IMG/VR virus record: IMGVR_UViG_3300005529_000023
Coordinates: 32,001-96,000 of that record
Direction: 5' to 3' (one strand)
Length of the DNA stretch: 64,000 nt
Source of the DNA: a virus
Shown here: positions 53,690 to 62,898 of the stretch, piece after piece
Numbering within the stretch: position 1 is the first letter of the stretch
Layout: each line of letters starts with the position of its first letter
Notes under the pieces: model-generated
Told to the model about the DNA's origin: nothing
Databases searched by the model: none
Seen by the model: only the letters and a program-made list of their open reading frames with translations
Made by a program: the position numbers and the translations under genes

Positions 53690-54718
53690 TCCTGGGTTTT
53701 TTGCTGGCATTGTGCTTACCTTCGCGAGAAGCGCTGCCATGCCTGGCGCCCCCTGAATCTGCGTAGCTCTCTGAATCGCCAATGCCGCTTCCTGTTCTGG
53801 CGTTGCAGGAGGAAGTGCGCTGGTCGAAGTTACTCTCTTGGTAGTGGAGCGAATTCTTTCTTGTGTTTCCTTGAGTCTCTTAGCTTGTTCTTCAGCGGAA
53901 AGCGCGTTGATTGGCTTTTCCAGAGGGACGTAACCGAGTTCTTTTTTCAGCTCATCAACTGAGACTCCCTCTTCTGCGGCAACTTGTTCGATGGTGAGAT
54001 CAAGCTGAGTTCTCTTCATGGGAGTAGCGGCCTTAGTTGGAAGCTTAGCAGCAGATGTCTTGGAGTGAAGCTGAGGCTTAGAAGCTGACTTGGGCGCCGT
54101 AGTTCCGCCAATAGGGTTGAGGGTCGTTCTCTTTGGAGCCCTAAGCACGCTAGCTACTTGATTTGCTTCGGCAGTTTCAGTCGCTCCATTAGTAGCCTTG
54201 GAGGCTAGTTTCTTTAAAATATCGACTTCTAGGTCGTTGAATGGACTGGCTACAACGGCGTGCTTTGGAGCTTCTTGTCTCATTCCGAGCATGACTTCCA
54301 TTCTCTCGCGAGCAAAACGCTTGATCTCACGCTCCACATTTTTGATGGCCCGTGCATCAGCTTCCATTCCTTCAAAGAGGCTATGGTTCATGATCATCTT
54401 GTAAAGGTTACCTTGCTCCAGACGAAGACTGGCGTCATTCAGCACCGCAGAAAAATCTTCTTCCTCATCATCGCCATCTGGGAAAAGATCTAGTTCTGGA
54501 TCACCTTCAAAAACAGCAACTTCTGGCTCAGCTGGAGCCGTAAGAGGAGTGAATCCTCGCGACTTTGGCTCTGGCCTATTAGCCGCAGGAAGTGGTGCAG
54601 TGGCCAAGGGCGGAATCAACTGCTGGGCTAGTTCCTGAACGGACTTGCTTTGCTGGACCGAAATAGCGTCTTCTGGCTTGTCCTGAAATTCTTCTTCATT
54701 GTCCCATAGATTGCTCAT
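53687..54718 (-). CDS. Hypothetical protein (343 aa, partly low complexity)
   Basis: AAGGA RBS; strong coding pattern. Confidence 0.6.
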   Translation of the reverse strand: MSNLWDNEEEFQDKPEDAISVQQSKSVQELAQQLIPPLATAPLPAANRPEPKSRGFTPLTAPAEPEVAVFEGDPELDLFPDGDDEEEDFSAVLNDASLRLEQGNLYKMIMNHSLFEGMEADARAIKNVEREIKRFARERMEVMLGMRQEAPKHAVVASPFNDLEVDILKKLASKATNGATETAEANQVASVLRAPKRTTLNPIGGTTAPKSASKPQLHSKTSAAKLPTKAATPMKRTQLDLTIEQVAAEEGVSVDELKKELGYVPLEKPINALSAEEQAKRLKETQERIRSTTKRVTSTSALPPATPEQEAALAIQRATQIQGAPGMAALLAKVSTMPAKNPG

Positions 54719-55328
54719 TTTTTATCCTTCGAAGATGATAGCAGTATCCAAGCATGAGGGAATCTGCGGTATCTTCATCTTTCTTTCTCAGAGGCACGCT
54801 CAGAAACTGTCCAAACACTTCGTTTGCCCTTCGAATGTTGACGTGTTTTCTGCCGATGCGCCCGATGCGCTTGCCTTCCTCGTTATAAGCCACTTTTCCG
54901 CCGTTCTTTTCCTTATATTTCTTAACGACCTTATTATGCTTACTTTCTTCTTTGGTCATTTTGCATCCGGTCTCACGACGCCATTGTTCGGTCATGAGGT
55001 ACACGGTCTTAATACGAGTCTCTTTCACATATTGTGCCACAAGAAAGTGGATGAATTCAAGGATTTTCTGCGTATGAATCGCTTTACTTCCCGCAGAAGT
55101 CTCTTCAATCACCAAAGTATCTGGAGCATAGTGGTCAATTAATTTCACTATTTCCCTATAGCAGCTATGTGCCCAATCTACGAAATTGATGGGGTAAATA
55201 CCATCTGGCTGGTGGATCTGCGGAATCTGCCCATACATCTCCAGGTCGATACCATCCTTAGTACTGACCATTGAGGCCCAGCCGGTCTTGGTGGAGATAT
55301 CGAGTGCGAGAATGCGTTCATCGATCAT
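54696..55328 (-). CDS. RuvC-like Holliday junction resolvase
   Basis: ILALDIST.TGW, LVIEE, DTADS acidic catalytic motifs. Confidence 0.7.
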   Translation of the reverse strand: MIDERILALDISTKTGWASMVSTKDGIDLEMYGQIPQIHQPDGIYPINFVDWAHSCYREIVKLIDHYAPDTLVIEETSAGSKAIHTQKILEFIHFLVAQYVKETRIKTVYLMTEQWRRETGCKMTKEESKHNKVVKKYKEKNGGKVAYNEEGKRIGRIGRKHVNIRRANEVFGQFLSVPLRKKDEDTADSLMLGYCYHLRRIKNEQSMGQ

Positions 55329-55576
55329 AGGATCTGCTTCGATAGCCCCTCTATTTCCTTTTGGAGTTTGCCGATTTCTTTCTCTATGAACTCCATTTTC
55401 ATGCGAACCCTAGCGTTGTGGTGCTGCTTTTTGCGTTCGTTCCTGCGCCTTTTGAGTTCTTCAGCAATTTCTGCCGAAGTGTAGTCTTTCAGCTTTTTTA
55501 CTGGCGTACATGCGTAACAAGCCAAGTAAGCAGTGTCGGGACTTCCGCAGTTATCGCAGCGACCTACGTGTCTCAT
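55325..55576 (-). CDS. Zinc-finger/coiled-coil small protein
   Basis: CDNC...CYAC. Confidence 0.55.
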   Translation of the reverse strand: MRHVGRCDNCGSPDTAYLACYACTPVKKLKDYTSAEIAEELKRRRNERKKQHHNARVRMKMEFIEKEIGKLQKEIEGLSKQIL

Positions 55577-55797
55577 TTGTCAACATCCCACTCTTCACAG
55601 AAGTAGTGATTTAGCCCATAGGCCATCTCATTCTTCAGAAAACAGTAGGTGTTGGTAATCCTACTATTGTCCTTATAGTCGTGCTTGAACATTTGCATGC
55701 CCTGTTCCATCACGATCACATCGTAATAGTATTTTCTAGGCTGACTAGCACAGGAAAACAGTCCAAACATTAGAAATGGGATAAGGTACTTGATCAC
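55573..55797 (-). CDS. Small lipoprotein
   Basis: MIKYLIPFLMFGLFS-C lipobox. Confidence 0.6.
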   Translation of the reverse strand: MIKYLIPFLMFGLFSCASQPRKYYYDVIVMEQGMQMFKHDYKDNSRITNTYCFLKNEMAYGLNHYFCEEWDVDK

Positions 55798-56084
55798 GCT
55801 CCACCTTTTTCTTTAATTAAAGAAACAAGGTACTTGATTCTTTTCTTGTTCTCTTTGCGAGGTTCGGTATAGACCGAGGCCAGTTCCTTCACCTCAGCCT
55901 TGGCAGCCGAAAGCTGTTCATCATTCTTTTGGTTTTCATCGTGTTCAGACTGAGCCTTTGCGATGTCACCAAGACGGCCACGAAGTTGATCGACAGAAAG
56001 TCCGACTACCTCGCCAACGAAAGCCGAATCTTCCTTTTCCATCTTCTCTTCAAACGTAAGTTTCTTTTTAGGTGCTTTAGCCAT
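55794..56084 (-). CDS. Hypothetical helical protein (96 aa)
   Basis: GGGAG RBS. Confidence 0.6.
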   Translation of the reverse strand: MAKAPKKKLTFEEKMEKEDSAFVGEVVGLSVDQLRGRLGDIAKAQSEHDENQKNDEQLSAAKAEVKELASVYTEPRKENKKRIKYLVSLIKEKGGA

Positions 56085-56087
56085 GAT

Positions 56088-56423
56088 TTACTCCCTGTAG
56101 TCTATTTTCACTTGTCTTTTGAGCAAGTGCATTTTGTTCAAGTACGAAATAACAGCTTCTATCATAGCTACATGAGGCGTTTCGCTGGAATCGAGCGGTC
56201 TCTTTGAGACCTTCATCGGAAGCTTTGCCTTACTGTAGTTACTCTTGGCTGTACTCATGATATCGAACAAATCTTGTGAGTTAACGACGTGCTCTAGGCT
56301 GCTGATCTCAAAGTGCTTGTGGAAGATCATCTTTAGCCAGACAAGTCTTTCGTCCCGGCGCAGGTTAGCTTCTTTTTCCAGGTATTCCCTAAGCTCGCTA
56401 TCTAGCCTTTGCGGGTCACTCAT
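56088..56423 (-). CDS. Hypothetical protein (111 aa)
   Basis: AGGAG RBS. Confidence 0.6.
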   Translation of the reverse strand: MSDPQRLDSELREYLEKEANLRRDERLVWLKMIFHKHFEISSLEHVVNSQDLFDIMSTAKSNYSKAKLPMKVSKRPLDSSETPHVAMIEAVISYLNKMHLLKRQVKIDYRE

Positions 56424-56431
56424 GCACGCTC

Positions 56432-58492
56432 CTATGCTGCCTGTACAATTCTACTTGTGGCGCCTTCTCTCACAACCACGAGTCTACTTCCGACCATCTG
56501 CTTTACCTCTGGATTGTGGTCTACAATGATCAGCTTTTTGCTGACATTGGAGTTCTTAAGAACTTCGAGTGCCATTTCAATACACACAGTATCCAGCCCA
56601 GTGAAGGGTTCGTCAAGAATAAAAATGCCTATTCCCTTATTTGACTTATTTTCGATAAGGTCGATGACAGCTAGATCCACGGCTAAATCAGTCGCAGAAC
56701 GTTCGCCGCCACACAAACTCTTGATAGGGATGTTCTCGTCTCCATCCAAGTGAATTACGGCATTGACCTCTTCCTTGACTTTGCCTTCTTTGGTCTCCTT
56801 CAATCCTTCAAGCTGGATTGTCGCATTCGCCATGTTGGGAACTTTCCGAATCATGGTCGTTGCACTGTTGCCAATGTCTTCCAGAGCCTCATCAAAAGAA
56901 CGGGACAGGTGACTCTTTAGGGCCTTCTTTAGCTCTTCTGCCTTCTCCAATTCCTTGACTATTGTAGTCAGGACATCGGAAAATCCATCGACCTTGGCAG
57001 CGTGTCCTATTTCCTGCTCTTGGAGGCGTTTTAACATCGACTCATAGTTCTTGAGAGCGGTATCGTAGGCTTTTAGCTTTGATACGGCAGCATCCAAGGC
57101 CCTGCGATCCACTTCTGCCTGTCCGCGAGCTTGATCGGACAGAGAAGCGTGCTTATCCCTCAAAGCTTTCTGTCGAAATGCAAAGTCATCCTGCCAGGTC
57201 TTGTTCAGATGGTGGATGGCATTGGCTTTGTCGGTCTCATTCTGCTTTTCCTGGGCGATCTTCCTGATGAGTTCAACCTCATACTTCTGCATGTGATCAT
57301 ATCCTACGGGAACAAATGGCTTAGCTTGCACTGTAAGTAAGCCCAGTTCGCTAGTCTCGCTTGCAAGCTGTGCAGCCGCTTCATCTCCTGCCTGAATGAT
57401 CTCTTTGAATTTGGCAATTTTCTCAAGAAGGACAGTTTCTTCTGCCTTGGCCCCTTCAGTTGCCCAACTCTGAAGGCAGGTATGGCAAATGTTCTCTCTG
57501 AGTTTCTTGATTTTTAGCGCCGAAGCAGCCGCCTCAGGCTTGACATAGTCACGTTGCCTGACTTTTTCAGCCAAGGAGGACATTTTGAGCTTGAGGGCGG
57601 TGATTTGAGCGTTGATCTTAGACTGCCTATCCTTCTCTTCGAGCATGAGTTGACCCATTTGCGCTCGTAATTGGGTCAGATTCTGCTCCAATTGTGCTCT
57701 AGTTGAGGTATCCACCACAGTTGATTGTGGCTGAGGACGTTGAAGATCGAAAGCTTCTGCTTCAATTCTTTGTTGAGCCAAAATCATCGTGAGGGCGGCA
57801 CTAGAGGTGTCAGCTTTATTCTTGAGTTGGAGTACTACTTCTTGGTGCATATCTCTGACGGGAGCCAATCCCAACCCTAGAATGGCGTCCTGGGTCGTTT
57901 TTACAGCAACACGAGCGCTGTTCAATGAAGTAGTAGCCAGTTCTTTCTTTTCCGTTAGCTCTTTGATCTTGGCATCTAGCACTTCTAGGTCTTTTTTGTG
58001 CTTCGACAGGCCAAGACAATCTGTTAGGAAGTCATTCATTTCCTTTGGTGTGAGAGAAAGAAAGAAACCGCCTTCTTTTTGTCTTTTGTGAAGGATTTTT
58101 CTGAAAAGATCGCGTGGCATTGCTAAAATCTCATCTAGTTTCTCTTCCGAGATCTTACTACTTCCCCTGGTCTCTACACCGTCGAGTTCGATGGCGAGTT
58201 TTCCCTTGTTGCGCGAGATTTTAAGAGCCTTGCCATTGTAATCGAATAGGCCAGAGACAGAAATGGGGTCTTTTGAGACGCGAGACTGTAAAACTGTATT
58301 GGGGATGTCGTTCAGGCCAAGAAGATAGTCTAGGGCATGAAAAACAGTACTTTTACCGGCGCCACTTGAGCCACCAGTGTTCCTGTTCTCCCCGTCTACC
58401 TGAACTAGGTCGCCAAGACTCTCAAAATTGATCACCTGTTCATCAACAAAGCGACCAATTCCAGAGAAACGCAACTCTTTCGGATCAATCAT
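56432..58492 (-). CDS. sbcC: SbcC/Rad50/gp46-like SMC ATPase
   Basis: GSSGAGKST, coiled coil with CHTC zinc hook, LCGGE signature, ILDEPFTGLD. Confidence 0.85.
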   Translation of the reverse strand: MIDPKELRFSGIGRFVDEQVINFESLGDLVQVDGENRNTGGSSGAGKSTVFHALDYLLGLNDIPNTVLQSRVSKDPISVSGLFDYNGKALKISRNKGKLAIELDGVETRGSSKISEEKLDEILAMPRDLFRKILHKRQKEGGFFLSLTPKEMNDFLTDCLGLSKHKKDLEVLDAKIKELTEKKELATTSLNSARVAVKTTQDAILGLGLAPVRDMHQEVVLQLKNKADTSSAALTMILAQQRIEAEAFDLQRPQPQSTVVDTSTRAQLEQNLTQLRAQMGQLMLEEKDRQSKINAQITALKLKMSSLAEKVRQRDYVKPEAAASALKIKKLRENICHTCLQSWATEGAKAEETVLLEKIAKFKEIIQAGDEAAAQLASETSELGLLTVQAKPFVPVGYDHMQKYEVELIRKIAQEKQNETDKANAIHHLNKTWQDDFAFRQKALRDKHASLSDQARGQAEVDRRALDAAVSKLKAYDTALKNYESMLKRLQEQEIGHAAKVDGFSDVLTTIVKELEKAEELKKALKSHLSRSFDEALEDIGNSATTMIRKVPNMANATIQLEGLKETKEGKVKEEVNAVIHLDGDENIPIKSLCGGERSATDLAVDLAVIDLIENKSNKGIGIFILDEPFTGLDTVCIEMALEVLKNSNVSKKLIIVDHNPEVKQMVGSRLVVVREGATSRIVQAA

Positions 58493-58830
58493 TTCCCAGG
58501 CTCCAGATTCTTCTCATGCCAGCCGCCCTTACCGTCAGATTCTTCGTACTTGACGTTGCCACGAATGATCTCTTTCTGCAGAGCCATCCAAGATTGAAAC
58601 TCTTTCGTCTCAGTCATTCTTTTGAACGCCTTCTTTTTGTTAGCGAGCTGATCGCGTTCTTCCCTCGACTCACCTACGGCACCGCTAGCTTCGTGGACGA
58701 TGCGAACTCCAGAGTTCACCTTGTTCTGATTCTGACCACCTTTGCCACCCGAGCGGAAGGTGTCTATTCTGAGGTCTTTAGCTGTGATGCTAAAGACAAG
58801 TTTACGTTTCTTCACTTGTTGCCGTCCCAA
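58489..58830 (-). CDS. Class-I release-factor-domain peptidyl-tRNA hydrolase (ArfB/PrfH-like)
   Basis: FRSGGKGGQNQNKVNSGVRIVH..ERDQLANK..A. Confidence 0.85.
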   Translation of the reverse strand: MGRQQVKKRKLVFSITAKDLRIDTFRSGGKGGQNQNKVNSGVRIVHEASGAVGESREERDQLANKKKAFKRMTETKEFQSWMALQKEIIRGNVKYEESDGKGGWHEKNLEPGK

Positions 58831-59129
58831 ATGATGCCAGCATAGAAGCTGCCACGTTTCAGATACTTTTCTTCTCTGAGTCTTTCGAGTTCGTGGTCTT
58901 TGATGTTGAAGTTCATCTTGAGCGCTCGAATGACTTCTAGGACATCAGCCAACTCTTCGTATAGCTCAAGTGTGTTCCTTGCATTCTTGGCTTCTGTAGC
59001 CTCTTCAACAAGCTTATCGAGCATGAATCTAAGGAGTTCGTTACCCTTGGCGATCCTATATTTCATAGGCGTCCTAAGAGGATCTTCGGCGCAAATCTTG
59101 GGCATATGGTCTCTGACCAATTTTTCCAT
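58812..59129 (-). CDS. MazG/HisE-superfamily NTP pyrophosphohydrolase
   Basis: KLVRD, KLVEE..E, EELADVLEV, K...RGSF. Confidence 0.8.
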   Translation of the reverse strand: MEKLVRDHMPKICAEDPLRTPMKYRIAKGNELLRFMLDKLVEEATEAKNARNTLELYEELADVLEVIRALKMNFNIKDHELERLREEKYLKRGSFYAGIIWDGNK

Positions 59130-59377
59130 TAGCTATCCTTAAAATCTTTTGTGGATCTATTTTTGATATCTTCGATAACGTCCAAGTTCACTTCTACCGC
59201 TCGTGCCTGTACTCCGTTATCGACCTTAATTATAGACTGAGACGAAGGAGCCTTCAACATTCTTTTCGCGTTTTTTCCGCATTTTTCGCATGAAAAAAAG
59301 GCAGGCGCTTGCGACGCCTGCCTGAAAAACTTACTCACCGAATTCTTGCATTCGCAAAGGTAATAGATGAGTGGCAC
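59129..59377 (-). CDS. FmdB-like zinc-ribbon protein
   Basis: MP...Y.CEC...CEKCG..A.R...AP. Confidence 0.65.
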   Translation of the reverse strand: MPLIYYLCECKNSVSKFFRQASQAPAFFSCEKCGKNAKRMLKAPSSQSIIKVDNGVQARAVEVNLDVIEDIKNRSTKDFKDS

Positions 59378-59383
59378 AGTAAA

Positions 59384-60262
59384 TTACCAGTACATAGGAA
59401 CAACTTGCTTCTGCTTGTTGTCGAACTGTTCCTTGAACTTTTTGATCATATCTACTTTTTGTTCGCTGGTGTAAATTACCTTACCCTCTGGAGCAACAAT
59501 TTTGATGTTCATTGGACTCGTATTAAGAGGGCAATTGTCGAGATCGTAATGAATCTCAACTCCAAAGAAATCGATTGAATGGGTCGTAGCGCCAGCAAGC
59601 GTTTCATCGCACTTCACAAGAACTACGCGATCAGCATAGCCTTCAGTGACAGCCTGGGTGCCAGTAAGCCACATCTCATCTGCGTACTCTTTCTGATAAC
59701 TCTGTAGTGTTTGCTTACCCTTAGTTCTCTTAACCGTCTGCTGATCAAGTTCGGTGAGACGAGACATCCAAAGCTTGTATCTGCTCTCGATCTGACTTGG
59801 CGATGGTCCACCGAATGCACCAACAAACTCACCAGCCGCTCTATGGCTCATCAAGACACCGTTCTTAAGAACGAGACGATCGCCAAGGTTCTGCGCAATT
59901 TGGAATCCCATGCTTGCAGCAAATAGAGTAACAGTGTGAATAGAACGACCAAGGCCGTTAAGGGCTTCAATCATCTCAAGGCCAGACTGAATGCTTCCGC
60001 CTGGCGTGTTAAGGAAAAGATAAAGAGGCTTCTTCTCGCCCTTGATCTTGGACTTCAGGGTATTGAGTCCCCTATCCAGTTCCTTGGCGTTGGCAATGAT
60101 CTTACCAACACTTGCGCCGTCAACTTCTTCATTCAGAACTAAGGTGTTATCCTTAGAAAGTACAACGGTTTCAGTCTTCTCTTCGCTGTCGGTCGATTTA
60201 GATGGCGTCGCCGCAGCGATCAAAAACGCCAATAGTACTACTAGTACCCTATTTAGTTTCAT
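59384..60262 (-). CDS. Signal-peptide-bearing ClpP/S14-like protease
   Basis: NTPGGS..SG, AASMG, MSH, MWLTG..A...GYAD; hydrophobic N-terminus MKLNRVLVVLLAFLIAAA. Confidence 0.75.
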   Translation of the reverse strand: MKLNRVLVVLLAFLIAAATPSKSTDSEEKTETVVLSKDNTLVLNEEVDGASVGKIIANAKELDRGLNTLKSKIKGEKKPLYLFLNTPGGSIQSGLEMIEALNGLGRSIHTVTLFAASMGFQIAQNLGDRLVLKNGVLMSHRAAGEFVGAFGGPSPSQIESRYKLWMSRLTELDQQTVKRTKGKQTLQSYQKEYADEMWLTGTQAVTEGYADRVVLVKCDETLAGATTHSIDFFGVEIHYDLDNCPLNTSPMNIKIVAPEGKVIYTSEQKVDMIKKFKEQFDNKQKQVVPMYW

Positions 60263-60947
60263 TGTTAGAATCTCCTTCGTCTTGGTCTATATCACTACTC
60301 TTCTTCGCTTTTGCCTGGCTCTCCGCTTCGCGCCTCATATCGGCAAACTGTTTCAACTTTGAATTGATAGCGGAATCTTTTGGGGTAATAGTGAGTTTGT
60401 TTTCCCCAGTCTTTTCAATGGTTACGCCGTCGCCTACATTGAGGCCGACAGCAGGAGACTTAGAAGATTTGCCGGGATCTTTGCCAAGATCATTGACGTG
60501 TTCAATCGCCTTTATGATCTGAGCAAGTTCCTTCATATCCAGGTCCATGTGTTCTTCATCACCCGTAGCTAGATATTGAGTCAGCTTATTGCCAACCTTT
60601 TTCTGACTTGCCTGAAGCAACAACAGCATGAAGTTTTGATTCATTACCTTGGCTTCAGCGATTCTGCTTTTGATTGTATGCTGGAGTTCGGTCAAGTACT
60701 CTTTCTTAGTCAAGAACCAATCGAACTTATGTGCCAGATACAGGACCAAATTCTTCTTAATACGCAAAGCATTTGAGATCTGCGAGTAGGTGCTACCAGA
60801 AAGGTACATGTCCATCATTCTGTACAATGACTTGTCGTCTACGGACTCAAGGCCCGGCATCCCTTCAGTAACGTATTCTTGTACGCGCTCTAACTCTAGA
60901 GCCGTCATATCTGTTGGTTTTTCTGGAACTGGTAGATTATCTGACAT
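60249..60947 (-). CDS. HTH DNA-binding protein, possibly terminase small subunit-like
   Basis: MYLSGSTYSQISNALRI..NLV...A.K.DW HTH followed by helices. Confidence 0.4.
   Translation of the reverse strand: MSDNLPVPEKPTDMTALELERVQEYVTEGMPGLESVDDKSLYRMMDMYLSGSTYSQISNALRIKKNLVLYLAHKFDWFLTKKEYLTELQHTIKSRIAEAKVMNQNFMLLLLQASQKKVGNKLTQYLATGDEEHMDLDMKELAQIIKAIEHVNDLGKDPGKSSKSPAVGLNVGDGVTIEKTGENKLTITPKDSAINSKLKQFADMRREAESQAKAKKSSDIDQDEGDSNNETK
60288..60294 (-). promoter_or_regulatory. TGATATA motif
   Basis: 25 nt upstream of the ATG at 60262, with an AAGGAG RBS between; inside the 3' end of the upstream CDS. Confidence 0.35.
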
Positions 60948-61287
60948 CTTTGCTCTCGTATTTTTTTTCGTCGTTAATGTAGACTTCTACTTTTACATCT
61001 CGCCAAAAAAGATTTCTAACCGCCGCTTCTAGAGCCTGAAATCTCTTCTCCATGTTTTCTCCTTCAACAGGGCCTGTGAAGCGATAGCAAACACGCGAAC
61101 CGTGTTGAACTTCTTTCTTAGCTTCATTAACGGCATGACCAAAATCGTAATCGATGGAAGCGCTCTTGATGTTGTCAAAGAACACAAAAGGAAACTTTCT
61201 AAGATTTTCTGCGTGAAAATCGCTGATCCTATTTGCCAAGACTGCCAGCTGCGCTCTTTCTTTTAGTTTCTGTTTTAGATCAGACAA
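60937..61287 (-). CDS. Hypothetical protein (116 aa)
   Basis: GGAG RBS. Confidence 0.55.
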   Translation of the reverse strand: MSDLKQKLKERAQLAVLANRISDFHAENLRKFPFVFFDNIKSASIDYDFGHAVNEAKKEVQHGSRVCYRFTGPVEGENMEKRFQALEAAVRNLFWRDVKVEVYINDEKKYESKDVR

Positions 61288-62263
61288 TTCCCAACTCCTT
61301 TGCGTATCGAACCAACTCGTCCTTGTCCATTTTGGTCACGTACAAGTTGCGCAGAAAATCCTCAAACCCCTTAGCGGCCTGCCTCTTCTCTGTTTTCTTG
61401 GTGTCGGTGATCTTGGTCTTGATTGCACACTTTCCCTTCAGAGCTAACTTCTGCTTAGATACCCAATCCGAAGATCCAACGAGTTCTATGGCTACCCTTG
61501 CCCCCTCAGGGAAATTTGGAATTTCTTCTCCTTCTCCAACGCTAAATTGGAGAATAGGACTACAGACCCCTTCGGTGGAGATGTACTCCTCAGAAATGAT
61601 TTCCCCTGTGGAGTCGCTATGAACGTAAATTGTAAGGCCCTTAGGTTGATTAGCATCGGCTGTGGTATCCCAACGGGGAGTACCTGGATATTTGACTCGT
61701 CCGAACTCCTGCCTGGAATGGATGTGACCGGAAATGACGTGGATAAATTGCGGGGATAAAAGAGAGACATCAATTCCATCGGGGGTGTACATTCCGCTTT
61801 CATACTTACTTCCTTTGAAAGTTTGATGACAGACAAGAACCTTGGCCAATCCAGATAATGAATTGACAACATCTACAAATCTCGCTGAATCATGGATGTA
61901 TGGTACATAGAGAAATTGGCCATTAATAGTGGGTATATTCACAATCTTCAAGTTTTTCTTGCTATCCTCAATCCATTGGAAGACATCGAGAGCAGAGGCA
62001 GAGGAGCTATAATCGCCCGTTTGATCATGGTTTCCCACGAGAACTACTACCTCACAGACATTTGCTAGCTCAATCAGCGCTTCTTCCCAAAACCTAAGAA
62101 CTTCTAGCCTAATGATCGAATGGGTATGAAACAAGTCCCCTAGAATCTCGATCCTATCCACTTTGTGCTCAACAGCAAGCCAAACGATGAACTTCAGCAG
62201 TTTCTCGCTTTCCTTGATGTTGTTCACTTTGACGTGAGGATCGCCGACGCGTAGGATTTTCAT
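61280..62263 (-). CDS. sbcD: SbcD/Mre11/gp47-like nuclease
   Basis: GDPH, GDLFH, GNHD, CHQ, SGHIH; partner SbcC is 3 kb downstream. Confidence 0.8.
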   Translation of the reverse strand: MKILRVGDPHVKVNNIKESEKLLKFIVWLAVEHKVDRIEILGDLFHTHSIIRLEVLRFWEEALIELANVCEVVVLVGNHDQTGDYSSSASALDVFQWIEDSKKNLKIVNIPTINGQFLYVPYIHDSARFVDVVNSLSGLAKVLVCHQTFKGSKYESGMYTPDGIDVSLLSPQFIHVISGHIHSRQEFGRVKYPGTPRWDTTADANQPKGLTIYVHSDSTGEIISEEYISTEGVCSPILQFSVGEGEEIPNFPEGARVAIELVGSSDWVSKQKLALKGKCAIKTKITDTKKTEKRQAAKGFEDFLRNLYVTKMDKDELVRYAKELGIV

Positions 62264-62265
62264 CT

Positions 62266-62403
62266 TTATCCTAGTTCATGGTCCAGCGTAAGTAGCGCAA
62301 TGTACATGAAGAAACCAGCTAGAACGCTATGCTGCCAAAATCCAAAGAGAGTCGCTCCGGTTGCAATTCTGATCCATACTGCTAATGCTTTAGTGAGATC
62401 CAT
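62266..62403 (-). CDS. Small membrane protein (45 aa, MDLTKALAVWIRIATG...)
   Basis: Hand-translated; hydrophobic; fills the operon gap. Confidence 0.5.
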   Translation of the reverse strand: MDLTKALAVWIRIATGATLFGFWQHSVLAGFFMYIALLTLDHELG

Positions 62404-62404
62404 C

Positions 62405-62563
62405 TTATTTTTCCTTTTTGAGAGTTCCACAGAATGCACAATTGTCGTGCGGTTTTCCGTGAAGCAAAGTTACAAACCAACGATTGTACTTTGGCATGAT
62501 CCACTTGGTGAATTCCCAAATCGCGATGCTGCCAACAAACTGAACTATACCTGTGTCAGTCAT
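62405..62563 (-). CDS. Small membrane-associated protein with H..C..C (52 aa, MTDTGIVQFVGSIAIW...)
   Basis: Hand-translated; ATGA overlap with the upstream stop. Confidence 0.5.
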   Translation of the reverse strand: MTDTGIVQFVGSIAIWEFTKWIMPKYNRWFVTLLHGKPHDNCAFCGTLKKEK

Positions 62564-62898
62564 GCGGCCTCATCTGGCGGCGGAGAAAGGAACTCTACGA
62601 ATTGCATATCTACGATCAAGAAAGGACAAGGAAGAGTCTCACACTCAAGAGCTTTTTGTGCCCATGCTTGTGTATGAAGGCTTTCTTCTCTGATGTACGC
62701 AGTAGAACCCTTGCGTACGTAGAGTCCGAATCTAGTTCCGTCGTCTAGTCTAGTATCGACTAGAACCTTAAGTCCCTTAAGAGCTAGCTTTTGAGAAACG
62801 AATGCAAAGCCATTCTTCTCGGTAGCACGAAGCCCCTCTTTTTTGTACGCCTCAACGATAAGACGATTGTTCATCGAAAGTGGAAAGTCTAAAGTCAT
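62560..62898 (-). CDS. GroES/T4 gp31-like co-chaperonin (putative)
   Basis: MNNRLIVE....EKNG mobile-loop pattern, VRKGSTAYI, FLIVD..V. Confidence 0.5.
   Translation of the reverse strand: MTLDFPLSMNNRLIVEAYKKEGLRATEKNGFAFVSQKLALKGLKVLVDTRLDDGTRFGLYVRKGSTAYIREESLHTQAWAQKALECETLPCPFLIVDMQFVEFLSPPPDEAA

Noticed and set aside
55573-56084. Spanin pair (lipoprotein plus upstream gene)
   Set aside because: The upstream protein has no N-terminal TM anchor, and the locus is in the early/replication strand far from the lysis candidates.
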